In this document: piece by piece, positions 30,920-38,679 of the stretch
Layout of the letters: every line of letters begins with the position of its first letter
How positions within the stretch are numbered: position 1 is the stretch's first letter
Assembly (NCBI GenBank): GCA_947442475.1
Contig: CANEVP010000005.1
Span: 4,308 to 68,307 of the forward strand
From: Rickettsiales bacterium
GTDB taxonomy: Bacteria > Pseudomonadota > Alphaproteobacteria > Rickettsiales > UBA1997
Reading direction: 5' to 3'
DNA length: 64,000 bases
Position numbers and translations under genes: made by a program
Notes under the pieces: model-generated
The model's database searches: none
Seen by the model: the letters and a program-made list of their open reading frames with translations, nothing else
What the model was told of the DNA's origin: nothing

Positions 30920-31684
30920 TTATTTAGCTAAAAAATTAATCGGACCCGTAGCGTGACCGTGAATAAATTGGTCGAGATAGGCGTTTCCTGAGGAGTACAT
31001 GTCTTTGACATCGCCAAACCAAATGATTCTACCTTCATAAAGCATGGCGATTTTATCAGCGATTTTGCGCGCTGAATTCATGTCGTGAGTAATGGTGATT
31101 GTGGTGGCACCCAGATGTTTCGAGTTCGAAATGATTAAGTCATTAATCACGTCCGCCATGATTGGATCGAGACCAGTTGTTGGCTCGTCGAAGAAAATAA
31201 TTTCAGGATTACTCGCAACGGCGCGCGCTAAAGAGGCGCGTTTTTGCATGCCGCCGGAAAGTTCTGACGGATAAAGATCGGCAACTTTTTCGCTCAAACC
31301 GACATCTTTTAATTTTGAAATGGCGATTTCGCGTGCTTCTTTTTTGTTGATTTTTTTGTGATTGAGCAAGCGGAACGCAACATTTTCCCAGATCGGTAAT
31401 GAATCAAATAAAGCGCCGCCCTGAAATAAAAATCCGAATTTCTCCATTAACTTGTCACGCTCTTTGTCGTTAAGACGCGAAACTTCAACATCGTCAATTT
31501 TAATGCTGCCAGAAGTTGCCTCTATTAGACTGGCAATGGTTTTAATTAGAACCGATTTGCCAGAACCCGAGCCGCCTAAAATGACAACTGACTCACCTTT
31601 ATTAACCACAAAATCAACGCCTTTGAGAACCTGCTTTTCGCCGAAATTTTTAGTGAGATTTGAAACGGTTAATTTTGTGGTCAT
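30920..31684 (-). CDS. mlaF: ABC transporter ATP-binding protein, MlaF-like
   Basis: 254 aa. Walker A GGSGSGKS, signature LSGGMQKR, Walker B IIFFDEPTTGLD, and the MlaF-like C-terminal tail YLDQFIHGHATGP. Its stop is 1 nt from the pilin ATG. Confidence 0.75.
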   Translation of the reverse strand: MTTKLTVSNLTKNFGEKQVLKGVDFVVNKGESVVILGGSGSGKSVLIKTIASLIEATSGSIKIDDVEVSRLNDKERDKLMEKFGFLFQGGALFDSLPIWENVAFRLLNHKKINKKEAREIAISKLKDVGLSEKVADLYPSELSGGMQKRASLARAVASNPEIIFFDEPTTGLDPIMADVINDLIISNSKHLGATTITITHDMNSARKIADKIAMLYEGRIIWFGDVKDMYSSGNAYLDQFIHGHATGPINFLAK

Positions 31685-31696
31685 TTTAATTTTTAT

Positions 31697-32476
31697 TTAT
31701 TTCTTCTCTGCCAATTTTTTTTCGATCAATTTCTTAAGTGTCACGTAATCAACATATCCTTCAGAAATTTCGCCATTTACGAAGAAAGTCGGCGCTGATT
31801 TAATTTGCAGAACTTTTGCTACTTCCATTCTTGCGGTAAGGATTTTTTCTTGCAGAGCTTTGTCAGCAAGACAGCTTTTGAATTTTGCTGAACTCATGCC
31901 GTCAAGGCTGGCAATTGCTTCTAATTTATCAGCAAATTTTTCGTCAAAAGCCCAAGCATCTTGGGTTTTAAAAAGAGCTTTTACCGTAGCGTAATATTTG
32001 CTGGTGGCTTCGGCTTTATTTTCATTAGCTTGGCAGTAAGCAAACATCGCACCAACCAAAGCAGATTGATTTAATGGAAAGTTACGGAAAGCGAATTGCA
32101 CTTTGCCAGTGTCGATAAATTCAGTTTTTAATTTTTCGAAAGATTCGCGAGTGAAAGCCGCACAGTGCGGGCAAGAAAGTGAAGCATATTCAACCATCAC
32201 AACCGGCGCAGATCTTTCGCCCAAAACATAATCAGAAGCAGAGATTTTTAAGATCTCGCTATTTTTGCGAGTTTCTTCCAAAGCAGCGGCATCAGCATTA
32301 ACTGCGGCGTTAACGGAATCTTGCTCATGTTGCTTGGGCGCTTCTACTGCAGCAGCTTGATCGTTATATTTTTCAGAAGTTTTGTTCTTATAATTGTGGG
32401 TCACCAGAGCGGCAAGGCCAACAAGAACAAGGACAGAAACAGCAATAGCGGTGCGCTTTTTAGATTGTTTTTGCAT
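31697..32476 (-). CDS. dsbA: DsbA-family thiol:disulfide oxidoreductase (Com1-like), membrane anchored or secreted
   Basis: 259 aa. N-terminal hydrophobic anchor and the thioredoxin-fold active site EYASLSCPHCAAF. Confidence 0.8.
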   Translation of the reverse strand: MQKQSKKRTAIAVSVLVLVGLAALVTHNYKNKTSEKYNDQAAAVEAPKQHEQDSVNAAVNADAAALEETRKNSEILKISASDYVLGERSAPVVMVEYASLSCPHCAAFTRESFEKLKTEFIDTGKVQFAFRNFPLNQSALVGAMFAYCQANENKAEATSKYYATVKALFKTQDAWAFDEKFADKLEAIASLDGMSSAKFKSCLADKALQEKILTARMEVAKVLQIKSAPTFFVNGEISEGYVDYVTLKKLIEKKLAEKK

Positions 32477-32565
32477 ATGAATTTTGATTTTGAAGTTGAC
32501 TGACAGAGGGACGAAATTGATGATTTGTTAAAGAAACTTTTTCTTGAAAAAAAATCAATCAATTT

Positions 32566-33345
32566 ATGCAAACTCCGATCTCAGTTTTCATCATTACTAA
32601 AAATGAAGAAGATCGAATTTTAGATGTGATTAATGCTGTAAAAACAATCGCCGATGAAATTTTGGTAATTGATTCTGGCAGCAGTGATAAAACCTGCGAA
32701 ATCGCCACTCGCGCTGGAGCAAAAGTGATGTTTAATGCTTGGCAAGGTTTTGGTTGGCAAAAAATTTTCGGTGAAAATCAATGTCGCAATAAATGGATTT
32801 TAAACATCGATGCCGATGAAGAAGTTTCACCAGAATTATGCGCCGAAATTAAAACAATTTTTACTAAAAACTCTCAGGAAGATTTTTACGGATTTCGCAT
32901 CAAAATTGTGAATCGCTTTCGCTTCGAAAAGCATCCCCACAAATATGCTTATTTTTACAATCAACTGCGTCTTTACAATAAAGATTACGCTGGCTTTAAA
33001 AATAGCACAGTACACGATTCCGTTGAGTTGCGTGACGGCGCCCTCGACAAAGTTGGTCAGTTAAAAAATATTATTTTTCACCAATCTTTCCGCTCATTTT
33101 CGCATTGGATCGAGAAAATAAATTTCTACTCGCAGATGCAAGCGCAAGATTCTTTTAGCAAGGGTAAATGCCCTTCAATTGCCAAAGTTTTGTTTGTTTC
33201 ATCCGTGGCATTTTTTAAAGCATACTTTGTGCGTCGCTATTGCATTTATGGTTTTAATGGTCTGACTTACAGCTACCTATTTGCCTTCTCGCGCTTTGCG
33301 AAAGCAATCAAAACGCGCGAGCTTTTCCAAGAAAAAAATCAGTAA
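32566..33345 (+). CDS. Family 2 glycosyltransferase
   Basis: 259 aa with ISVFIITKNEEDRI…, VIDSGSSDKT and NIDADE (DxD) motifs, plus a C-terminal TM region. Resembles LPS-core GT2 enzymes. Confidence 0.75.
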   Translation: MQTPISVFIITKNEEDRILDVINAVKTIADEILVIDSGSSDKTCEIATRAGAKVMFNAWQGFGWQKIFGENQCRNKWILNIDADEEVSPELCAEIKTIFTKNSQEDFYGFRIKIVNRFRFEKHPHKYAYFYNQLRLYNKDYAGFKNSTVHDSVELRDGALDKVGQLKNIIFHQSFRSFSHWIEKINFYSQMQAQDSFSKGKCPSIAKVLFVSSVAFFKAYFVRRYCIYGFNGLTYSYLFAFSRFAKAIKTRELFQEKNQ

Positions 33346-33347
33346 AT

Positions 33348-33908
33348 ATGCAGAAAATATTTTTAATTTTGCTCGCCGCTTTTTTGGTTTCTTGCGGTCC
33401 GTCAAAAGAAAGTCCGGTGATTTATTTTAGTAATGGCAGCCTTGCGCCAGTTAGAGATATTCAATGCAACTGGGCGGGAAATAATGCTCTAACTTTGCCA
33501 TTGTTAAACCCCGGTGACAGCCAAAGTCAGTCTTTTTACATGCACAGCATGTCTGATTTTTTTGGCACAGTGACGATTAATTGGCGTAATGATCGTGGTG
33601 AAAGAATTCAGCGCGAATTTGTTTTTCGCCGCAACCACTTGCCTAGCATTGAGGACACTACAACTTACAACTACGTACAATTTTATTTAGATCAGGAAGA
33701 GTTGGAACTAGTTAGCAGCGATGCTCCCGACCTAAGCGGCAAAACTCGCAAAATGGAAAGAATGTTGGCACAAATGAAGCAGGCTTACCTCAATATTCAT
33801 AGTCCCGATTCAATTCCAACCAGTGAAACTTCACTTATTCGAGTGCAACATATTGACCCGCAAAAAGATAGGTCGGTGCCTTACTGGGAGAATAGCAACT
33901 CACTGTAA
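33348..33908 (+). CDS. Hypothetical lipoprotein
   Basis: 186 aa with the lipobox FLVSC|G after a short hydrophobic leader. Coupled to the GT2 gene by a 2-nt gap. No recognisable domain. Confidence 0.5.
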   Translation: MQKIFLILLAAFLVSCGPSKESPVIYFSNGSLAPVRDIQCNWAGNNALTLPLLNPGDSQSQSFYMHSMSDFFGTVTINWRNDRGERIQREFVFRRNHLPSIEDTTTYNYVQFYLDQEELELVSSDAPDLSGKTRKMERMLAQMKQAYLNIHSPDSIPTSETSLIRVQHIDPQKDRSVPYWENSNSL

Positions 33909-33912
33909 TTTC

Positions 33913-34074
33913 TTAATTCTGCAAACTACTTCTAACATTGGATTCAATTATCTTAGTAACCTTCTTTTCATCAATATAAGCCGAGGCAATCGCGGCTATG
34001 ATTGCTGTTACAACAAGCACAGCAATCATAAATCCACTAAAACTAAAGGCTGATTTTGGTGTTTTGAAACTCAT
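33913..34074 (-). CDS. Unannotated 53-aa mini-pilin-like ORF (below the ORF-track cutoff)
   Basis: My own translation of the minus strand gives MSFKTPKSAFSFSGFMIAVLVVTAIIAAIASAYIDEKKVTKIIESNVRSSLQN*. It shares the K-S-A-F-S leader junction and the following hydrophobic helix with the two larger pilin-like genes, but has Gly instead of Glu at +5. Confidence 0.35.
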   Translation of the reverse strand: MSFKTPKSAFSFSGFMIAVLVVTAIIAAIASAYIDEKKVTKIIESNVRSSLQN

Positions 34075-34167
34075 AACAAAAATTTTACGCTAAAGGATTA
34101 TCTAAGATAAAGTTGTGGCGAAGCTTAATGAGTGATTAAACTACTAATTTTCTAAGAAATAATCTGT

Positions 34168-34201
34168 AAGGAGAGGTGAGTTTTTAAGCTTACCTCTCCT
34201 T
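34168..34201. terminator. Hairpin downstream of the giant pilin gene
   Basis: Stem aaggagaggt(gag)/(ctt)acctctcctt, 10-13 bp, 30 nt after the stop at 34232, with T-rich flanks on both strands. Confidence 0.4.
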
Positions 34202-34231
34202 TTAATTTATTGGCCATGGCGAGATAATTCG

Positions 34232-36496
34232 CTACTGGTTACACTTATAGACTAGATAATTCCCTGATGAGTTAACTTGCCGACCACAGTTAGCAGTAGT
34301 GCAATAAGATGTTAGCCACGCGGTTATATCCCAAGCATTTAAAGTTGATCCAGAAAGTGAATATACCGGACTCTGCACCAAAGCATAATGTCCACTATGT
34401 CCGCTACAGTTTATTGTTGAAAGGTGGAGCTGAGGACTTCCGACCCATCCGCTTCCACCTCTTCCTACTGAAGAAACAAGTGTCCAAGTAGTATTAGATG
34501 GGGCATATACCGAGCAAGATCCACTGGTGCTAGCAGCACCAGTTGCTGTACAAGTATAGTTTTTGGTTCCGGTGTAGCCTGTAGCATCACAAGCAAAGGT
34601 ACCACTGCCACCAGCAGCGTAAGCCAATCCGGTTTTAGCGGTCCAGCCGGTTCCAGCTGCTGCAGTGCAAGTGATTGCAGAACAAGTGCCGCCAGTAATG
34701 GTTGCAGCACCTGACGCCGTACAAGTGTAGTTTTTAGTTCCAGTGTAACCAGTGGCATTGCAAGAAAAAGTACCACTACCACCAGTAGCATAAGCCAATC
34801 CGGTTTTAGCGGTCCAGCCGGTTCCAGCTGCTGCAGTGCAAGTGATTGCAGAACAAGTGCCGCCAGTAATGGTTGCAGCACCTGACGCCGTACAAGTGTA
34901 GTTTTTAGTTCCAGTGTAACCAGTGGCGTCACAAGCAAAACTGCCGCTGCCACCAGCAGCGTAAGCAAGTCCAGATTTAGCATTCCAACCAGTTCCAGAC
35001 GCTGCGGTGCAAGTTATCGGACTACAAGTTCCACCAGTTATAGTTGCAGCACCTAAAGCATCGCAAGTGTAGTTTTTAGTTCCAGTATAACCAGCGGCAT
35101 TGCAAGAAAAAGTACCACTGCCACCAGTAGCATAAGCAAGTCCAGATTGAGCTTCATAGCCAGTTCCAGATGCTGCGGTGCAAGTTATCGGACTACAAGT
35201 TCCACCAGTTATAGTTGCGTCAGCGCCATCTGTGATACAAGTGTAGTTTTTAGTTCCGGTGTAGCCTGCAGCGTCACAAGTAAAAGTACCACTGCCATCA
35301 GCAGCGTAAGCAAGGCCAGATTTAGCGCCGTAACCAGTTCCGGCCGTTGCAGTACAAAAAACCTGAGTACATGTTCCAGCAATTGATGCCGCACCCGGCG
35401 TAATGCAAGTGTAAGTTGGAGAACCTACATATCCGGCTTGGCAAGGAGAGTTAATAGCCGTAGCGCTTGTTTTGTAAGCAAGCCCGGTTTTATTATTGAA
35501 ACCAGACACACCAGTAATTGAGCAAGTTGTTGCCACGCATGATGATCCCGACAAATAATATCCAGAATTACAATCGCAAGATCCGCTATTATAGGTATAC
35601 ACTTTACTTCCCGAACAACTGTAGTTTATTGAATCGGAACTGTCGAAATTAGAAGCGTTGCAAGCAAGATTTTGGTTAATGCCTTGATTCACTTTTGCAC
35701 CGCTATTAATTCCAATGGTAGTTGGAACATCGCATTGCACCACGCAATCTCCACCAACTCTAGTGTAACCAGTAGTACATCCAACCAAGTTTTGATCTTG
35801 AAGCGTAGTCAAATTAGCATCAGCTAAGAAATATTTTTTGTTTTTGAAAAAAACCAAATCGTCAAAAGTAGTGCCACTGCGATTGGTACCCGAAATTAAA
35901 TTAGCATCAGATCCTGATGGCATATTTTCAAGTTCATCAACATCAGTTGGAGCATTGATTTCCGTAGTTGCAAGAGACGAAACCGCACCTCTTTGATTTT
36001 TGCCACGACTAATAACTGCAAAAATTGCATTAGATTCTTCCACACCCAAAGATGATGAATATCTACTAACAACAATGTCGCCTTCCTGATCTACAAACTT
36101 GCTGGGAGTTGTCGCAACAGTGAAAGTTGAATCAATCACGTAAACCAATTTATTGCCGTAATCATCTTCGGCAAAAGCAGCAGCAAGATTTAAATCTTTA
36201 ACCGGCAACATACCATAAACCACAGTATCAGCAGCGCAGGAAATTTCACTGCCGTAAGTAGCGTCATTTTTAGGAATAGCAATTGAGGCAGGACAAGGAA
36301 GTCTCTTGTGAGCGCCGGAGTAAACTTTTAAAGCTTTATAAATTTGCCCAATGCGATCGTTGGTGACTTTAATTTTATTGGTAGAATTGCTACTGGTTTG
36401 AACCGATAAAATTCCAACTAGCACGGCGGAAGCAACAAGCACAACTACGGAAAGTTCAGTTAAGCTGAACGCCGATCTCAATTTTTTAAATTTCAT
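34232..36496 (-). CDS. Giant modular type IV pilin-like protein with Cys-rich tandem repeats
   Basis: Start placed at the internal ATG (36496): MKFKKLRSA|FSLTELSVVVLVASAVLVG, a prepilin-type N-terminus with Ala at -1. A region of about 230 aa follows, then an EGF-like Cys-rich region (CDCNSGYYLSGSSC), six 56-57-aa four-Cys repeats and a 95-aa C-terminal domain. Confidence 0.7.
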   Translation of the reverse strand: MKFKKLRSAFSLTELSVVVLVASAVLVGILSVQTSSNSTNKIKVTNDRIGQIYKALKVYSGAHKRLPCPASIAIPKNDATYGSEISCAADTVVYGMLPVKDLNLAAAFAEDDYGNKLVYVIDSTFTVATTPSKFVDQEGDIVVSRYSSSLGVEESNAIFAVISRGKNQRGAVSSLATTEINAPTDVDELENMPSGSDANLISGTNRSGTTFDDLVFFKNKKYFLADANLTTLQDQNLVGCTTGYTRVGGDCVVQCDVPTTIGINSGAKVNQGINQNLACNASNFDSSDSINYSCSGSKVYTYNSGSCDCNSGYYLSGSSCVATTCSITGVSGFNNKTGLAYKTSATAINSPCQAGYVGSPTYTCITPGAASIAGTCTQVFCTATAGTGYGAKSGLAYAADGSGTFTCDAAGYTGTKNYTCITDGADATITGGTCSPITCTAASGTGYEAQSGLAYATGGSGTFSCNAAGYTGTKNYTCDALGAATITGGTCSPITCTAASGTGWNAKSGLAYAAGGSGSFACDATGYTGTKNYTCTASGAATITGGTCSAITCTAAAGTGWTAKTGLAYATGGSGTFSCNATGYTGTKNYTCTASGAATITGGTCSAITCTAAAGTGWTAKTGLAYAAGGSGTFACDATGYTGTKNYTCTATGAASTSGSCSVYAPSNTTWTLVSSVGRGGSGWVGSPQLHLSTINCSGHSGHYALVQSPVYSLSGSTLNAWDITAWLTSYCTTANCGRQVNSSGNYLVYKCNQ
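34520..35545 (-). repeat. Six tandem 171-bp (57-codon) coding repeats inside the giant pilin gene
   Basis: Protein repeat unit: C-TAA(S/A)GTG(Y/W)xAK(S/T)GLAYAxGGSG(T/S)F(S/A)C(D/N)A(A/T)GYTGTKNYTCxxxGAATITGGTCSxIT. At DNA level the string aagccaatccggttttagcggtccagcc… recurs at 34621 and 34792 (171-bp period) with long identical runs. Confidence 0.9.
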
Positions 36497-36595
36497 CTCA
36501 GTTTTATGTAGCTTTAGGAATGAGGTCAAAGAGTGATGATTCATCAAAAGATAGCTACCGCATCATTGCAATAGTATTTTGTCGATTTTTTTAGA

Positions 36596-37636
36596 TTAAT
36601 TTTTAGTCCCAAAAAGCAGCGAGCTATCTCCATAAGAATAAAAACGATATTGCTGCGAGATAGCGTGATTGTAAATTTCAAAGGCTTTTTCTTGACCAAC
36701 AAATGCACAAATTAACATGAACAAAGTTGATTTTGGCAGATGAAAATTAGTCATCAAAATATCCGCGGTTTTAAATTTATGTGGCGGATAAAGAAAAATT
36801 TCAGTGCTTGCAGTTGTAGGTTTAATCATGCCATTTTCGTCACAGCTCGATTCTAAAACGCGCAGCGAAGTTGTACCGATTGCGACAATTTTTCTGCCAT
36901 TTTTTTTGGCTAAATTAATTTCTTTTGCCGCTTCTTTTGAAATTGAAAAAGACTCGCGATGCATTTTGTGATCTTTCAAAAAATCAGCACGAACCGGTAA
37001 AAACGTGCCTGCACCAACATTTAAAGTGACAAAAACTTTTTTAATTTTTTTAGCGTCAAGCGCGGCAAAAATTTCTTCGTTAAAATGCAATCCAGCAGTT
37101 GGCGCTGCAACTGCGACACCTTTTTTTGCGTAAATTGTTTGATAATTTTTTTGATCTTGCTCGTTTTTTTCTTCTCTTTTTATGTAGGGCGGAAGTGGAA
37201 TGGAGCCGTATTTTTCAAGCTTTGCCAGCAATTCATCACCAACGCAATCAAATTTGATTTTGATAAATCCGTCGTCAGTTTTTTCTAAAACTTGGGCAAA
37301 AAAATCGGGCGCCATTTCTAGCTCATCACCCGCTTTTACTTTTTTTACAGGCTTACACAAGGCATTCCAAATCCCTTGATTTTCTTGGTCCAAATTGAAT
37401 TGAAGCGCTGCTAAATTTCGTAAAATTTTCGCTGACAATTTCGCCTTAATTACGCGCGCGTCATTAAAAACCAACACATCGCCTTCTTGCAAAAAATCGG
37501 TGAGGTTGATTACTTGTCGGTCACAAATAGTGTCGCCGTCAAAGACCAACATCTTAGTTTTTTCGCGCGGAAAAAATGGCGCCTGCGCAATTAAATCGGC
37601 AGGCAAATCAAAATTAAAATCGGAAGTTTTTAGCAT
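36596..37636 (-). CDS. queA: S-adenosylmethionine:tRNA ribosyltransferase-isomerase
   Basis: Start at the internal ATG (37636) gives MLKTSDFNFDLPADLIAQAP, the canonical QueA N-terminus. Also PLPPYI, VAAPTAGLHF and GTTSLR motifs. Confidence 0.9.
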   Translation of the reverse strand: MLKTSDFNFDLPADLIAQAPFFPREKTKMLVFDGDTICDRQVINLTDFLQEGDVLVFNDARVIKAKLSAKILRNLAALQFNLDQENQGIWNALCKPVKKVKAGDELEMAPDFFAQVLEKTDDGFIKIKFDCVGDELLAKLEKYGSIPLPPYIKREEKNEQDQKNYQTIYAKKGVAVAAPTAGLHFNEEIFAALDAKKIKKVFVTLNVGAGTFLPVRADFLKDHKMHRESFSISKEAAKEINLAKKNGRKIVAIGTTSLRVLESSCDENGMIKPTTASTEIFLYPPHKFKTADILMTNFHLPKSTLFMLICAFVGQEKAFEIYNHAISQQYRFYSYGDSSLLFGTKN

Positions 37637-38396
37637 GAGAGAAGATAAAACACATTTTGGATTTAAGCAGGTAGATCGTGAAGACAAGGCCGGCCTTGTC
37701 AAAGAAATTTTTTCAGGGGTTGCCAAAAAATATGACCTGATGAATGACTTGATGAGCGGCGGAATTCACCGTTTGTGGAAAAATAAAATGGTCGAACAAA
37801 TTAATTTTCCCGATTCCACAAAATCTTACCAAACCATTGATTTGGCGGGCGGAACCGGTGATGTCGCTTTTCGCATAGCCAAAAAAGCGCGCTTAAAAAA
37901 TGTAAAATGTAAAATTGATGTCGTTGATATTAACCAAGAAATGCTTGATGTCGGCAAAGATCGCGCTGTCGATTTGAATCTTTTTTCTGATCTAAGTTTC
38001 ACTTGCTGCGACGGCGAAAAACTTTGTTTTGAAAATGAATCTTTCGATTTTTTTACCATCGCTTTCGGCATCAGAAACTTCACCAACATAGATTTGGCGT
38101 TAGCCGAAGCCCACCGCGTTTTAAAGCCAGGTGGAAAATTTTTGTGCTTAGAATTTTCGAAAGTTAACGATTATTTTTTGCAAAAAATTTACGACGCTTA
38201 TTCATTTAAAGTGATCCCAAAAATCGGCGAAGTGATTTTAAAAGATCGCGCCTCTTACCAATATTTAGTTGAAAGTATTCGCAAATTTCCGACGCAAGAT
38301 GAGTTCAAAAAAATGATCGAAACAGCAGGATTTAAAAACGTTTCTTACCAAAATTTATCTTTTGGCGCTGCGGCAATTCACGCGGGGATTAAATGA
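37635..38396 (+). CDS. ubiE: Ubiquinone/menaquinone biosynthesis C-methyltransferase
   Basis: Start at the internal ATG (37635) gives MREDKTHFGFKQV…VFSGVAKKYDLMNDLMSGGIHRLWK, the canonical UbiE N-terminus. SAM motif DLAGGTGD and the C-terminal GAAAIHAG. Confidence 0.9.
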   Translation: MREDKTHFGFKQVDREDKAGLVKEIFSGVAKKYDLMNDLMSGGIHRLWKNKMVEQINFPDSTKSYQTIDLAGGTGDVAFRIAKKARLKNVKCKIDVVDINQEMLDVGKDRAVDLNLFSDLSFTCCDGEKLCFENESFDFFTIAFGIRNFTNIDLALAEAHRVLKPGGKFLCLEFSKVNDYFLQKIYDAYSFKVIPKIGEVILKDRASYQYLVESIRKFPTQDEFKKMIETAGFKNVSYQNLSFGAAAIHAGIK

Positions 38397-38677
38397 AAAA
38401 ATTATCTCTGATTTTACTTTTGCTGACCAGCGCTTGTTACGAAATTAATGGCAATTACTGCGCCCAGCCCAGCGAATATGATCGTAGCACCGCTCAATCT
38501 TATTACGAAAGTTTTGGCAGCAGTCGCGAACGCATGTCTGACGAAAAAGCGAAAAAACTATTTGGCTGCAACTTTCACAAAACCACTGATTACATTTATT
38601 CTTTCAGCACTCTTTGGGGAAAGAAGTTTATCTTAGTGCGCTACGATAATGCGGTAACTTACGCAGAGGAAAAATAG
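38393..38677 (+). CDS. Hypothetical small lipoprotein
   Basis: 94 aa with the lipobox LLTSAC|Y. Overlaps the ubiE stop by 4 nt. No recognisable domain. Confidence 0.4.
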   Translation: MKKLSLILLLLTSACYEINGNYCAQPSEYDRSTAQSYYESFGSSRERMSDEKAKKLFGCNFHKTTDYIYSFSTLWGKKFILVRYDNAVTYAEEK

Positions 38678-38679
38678 CA

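Noticed and set aside
34465-35394. Alternative-frame ORFs (172 aa at 34465-34983, 61 aa at 35209-35394, and plus-strand 35147-35386) inside the giant pilin gene. The tandem repeats were also briefly considered as a CRISPR-like array.
   Set aside because: The repeats are 171 bp, contiguous with no unique spacers, and in frame with a long ORF whose repeat unit has conserved Cys spacing. The other frames are open only because the same stop-free unit is repeated.
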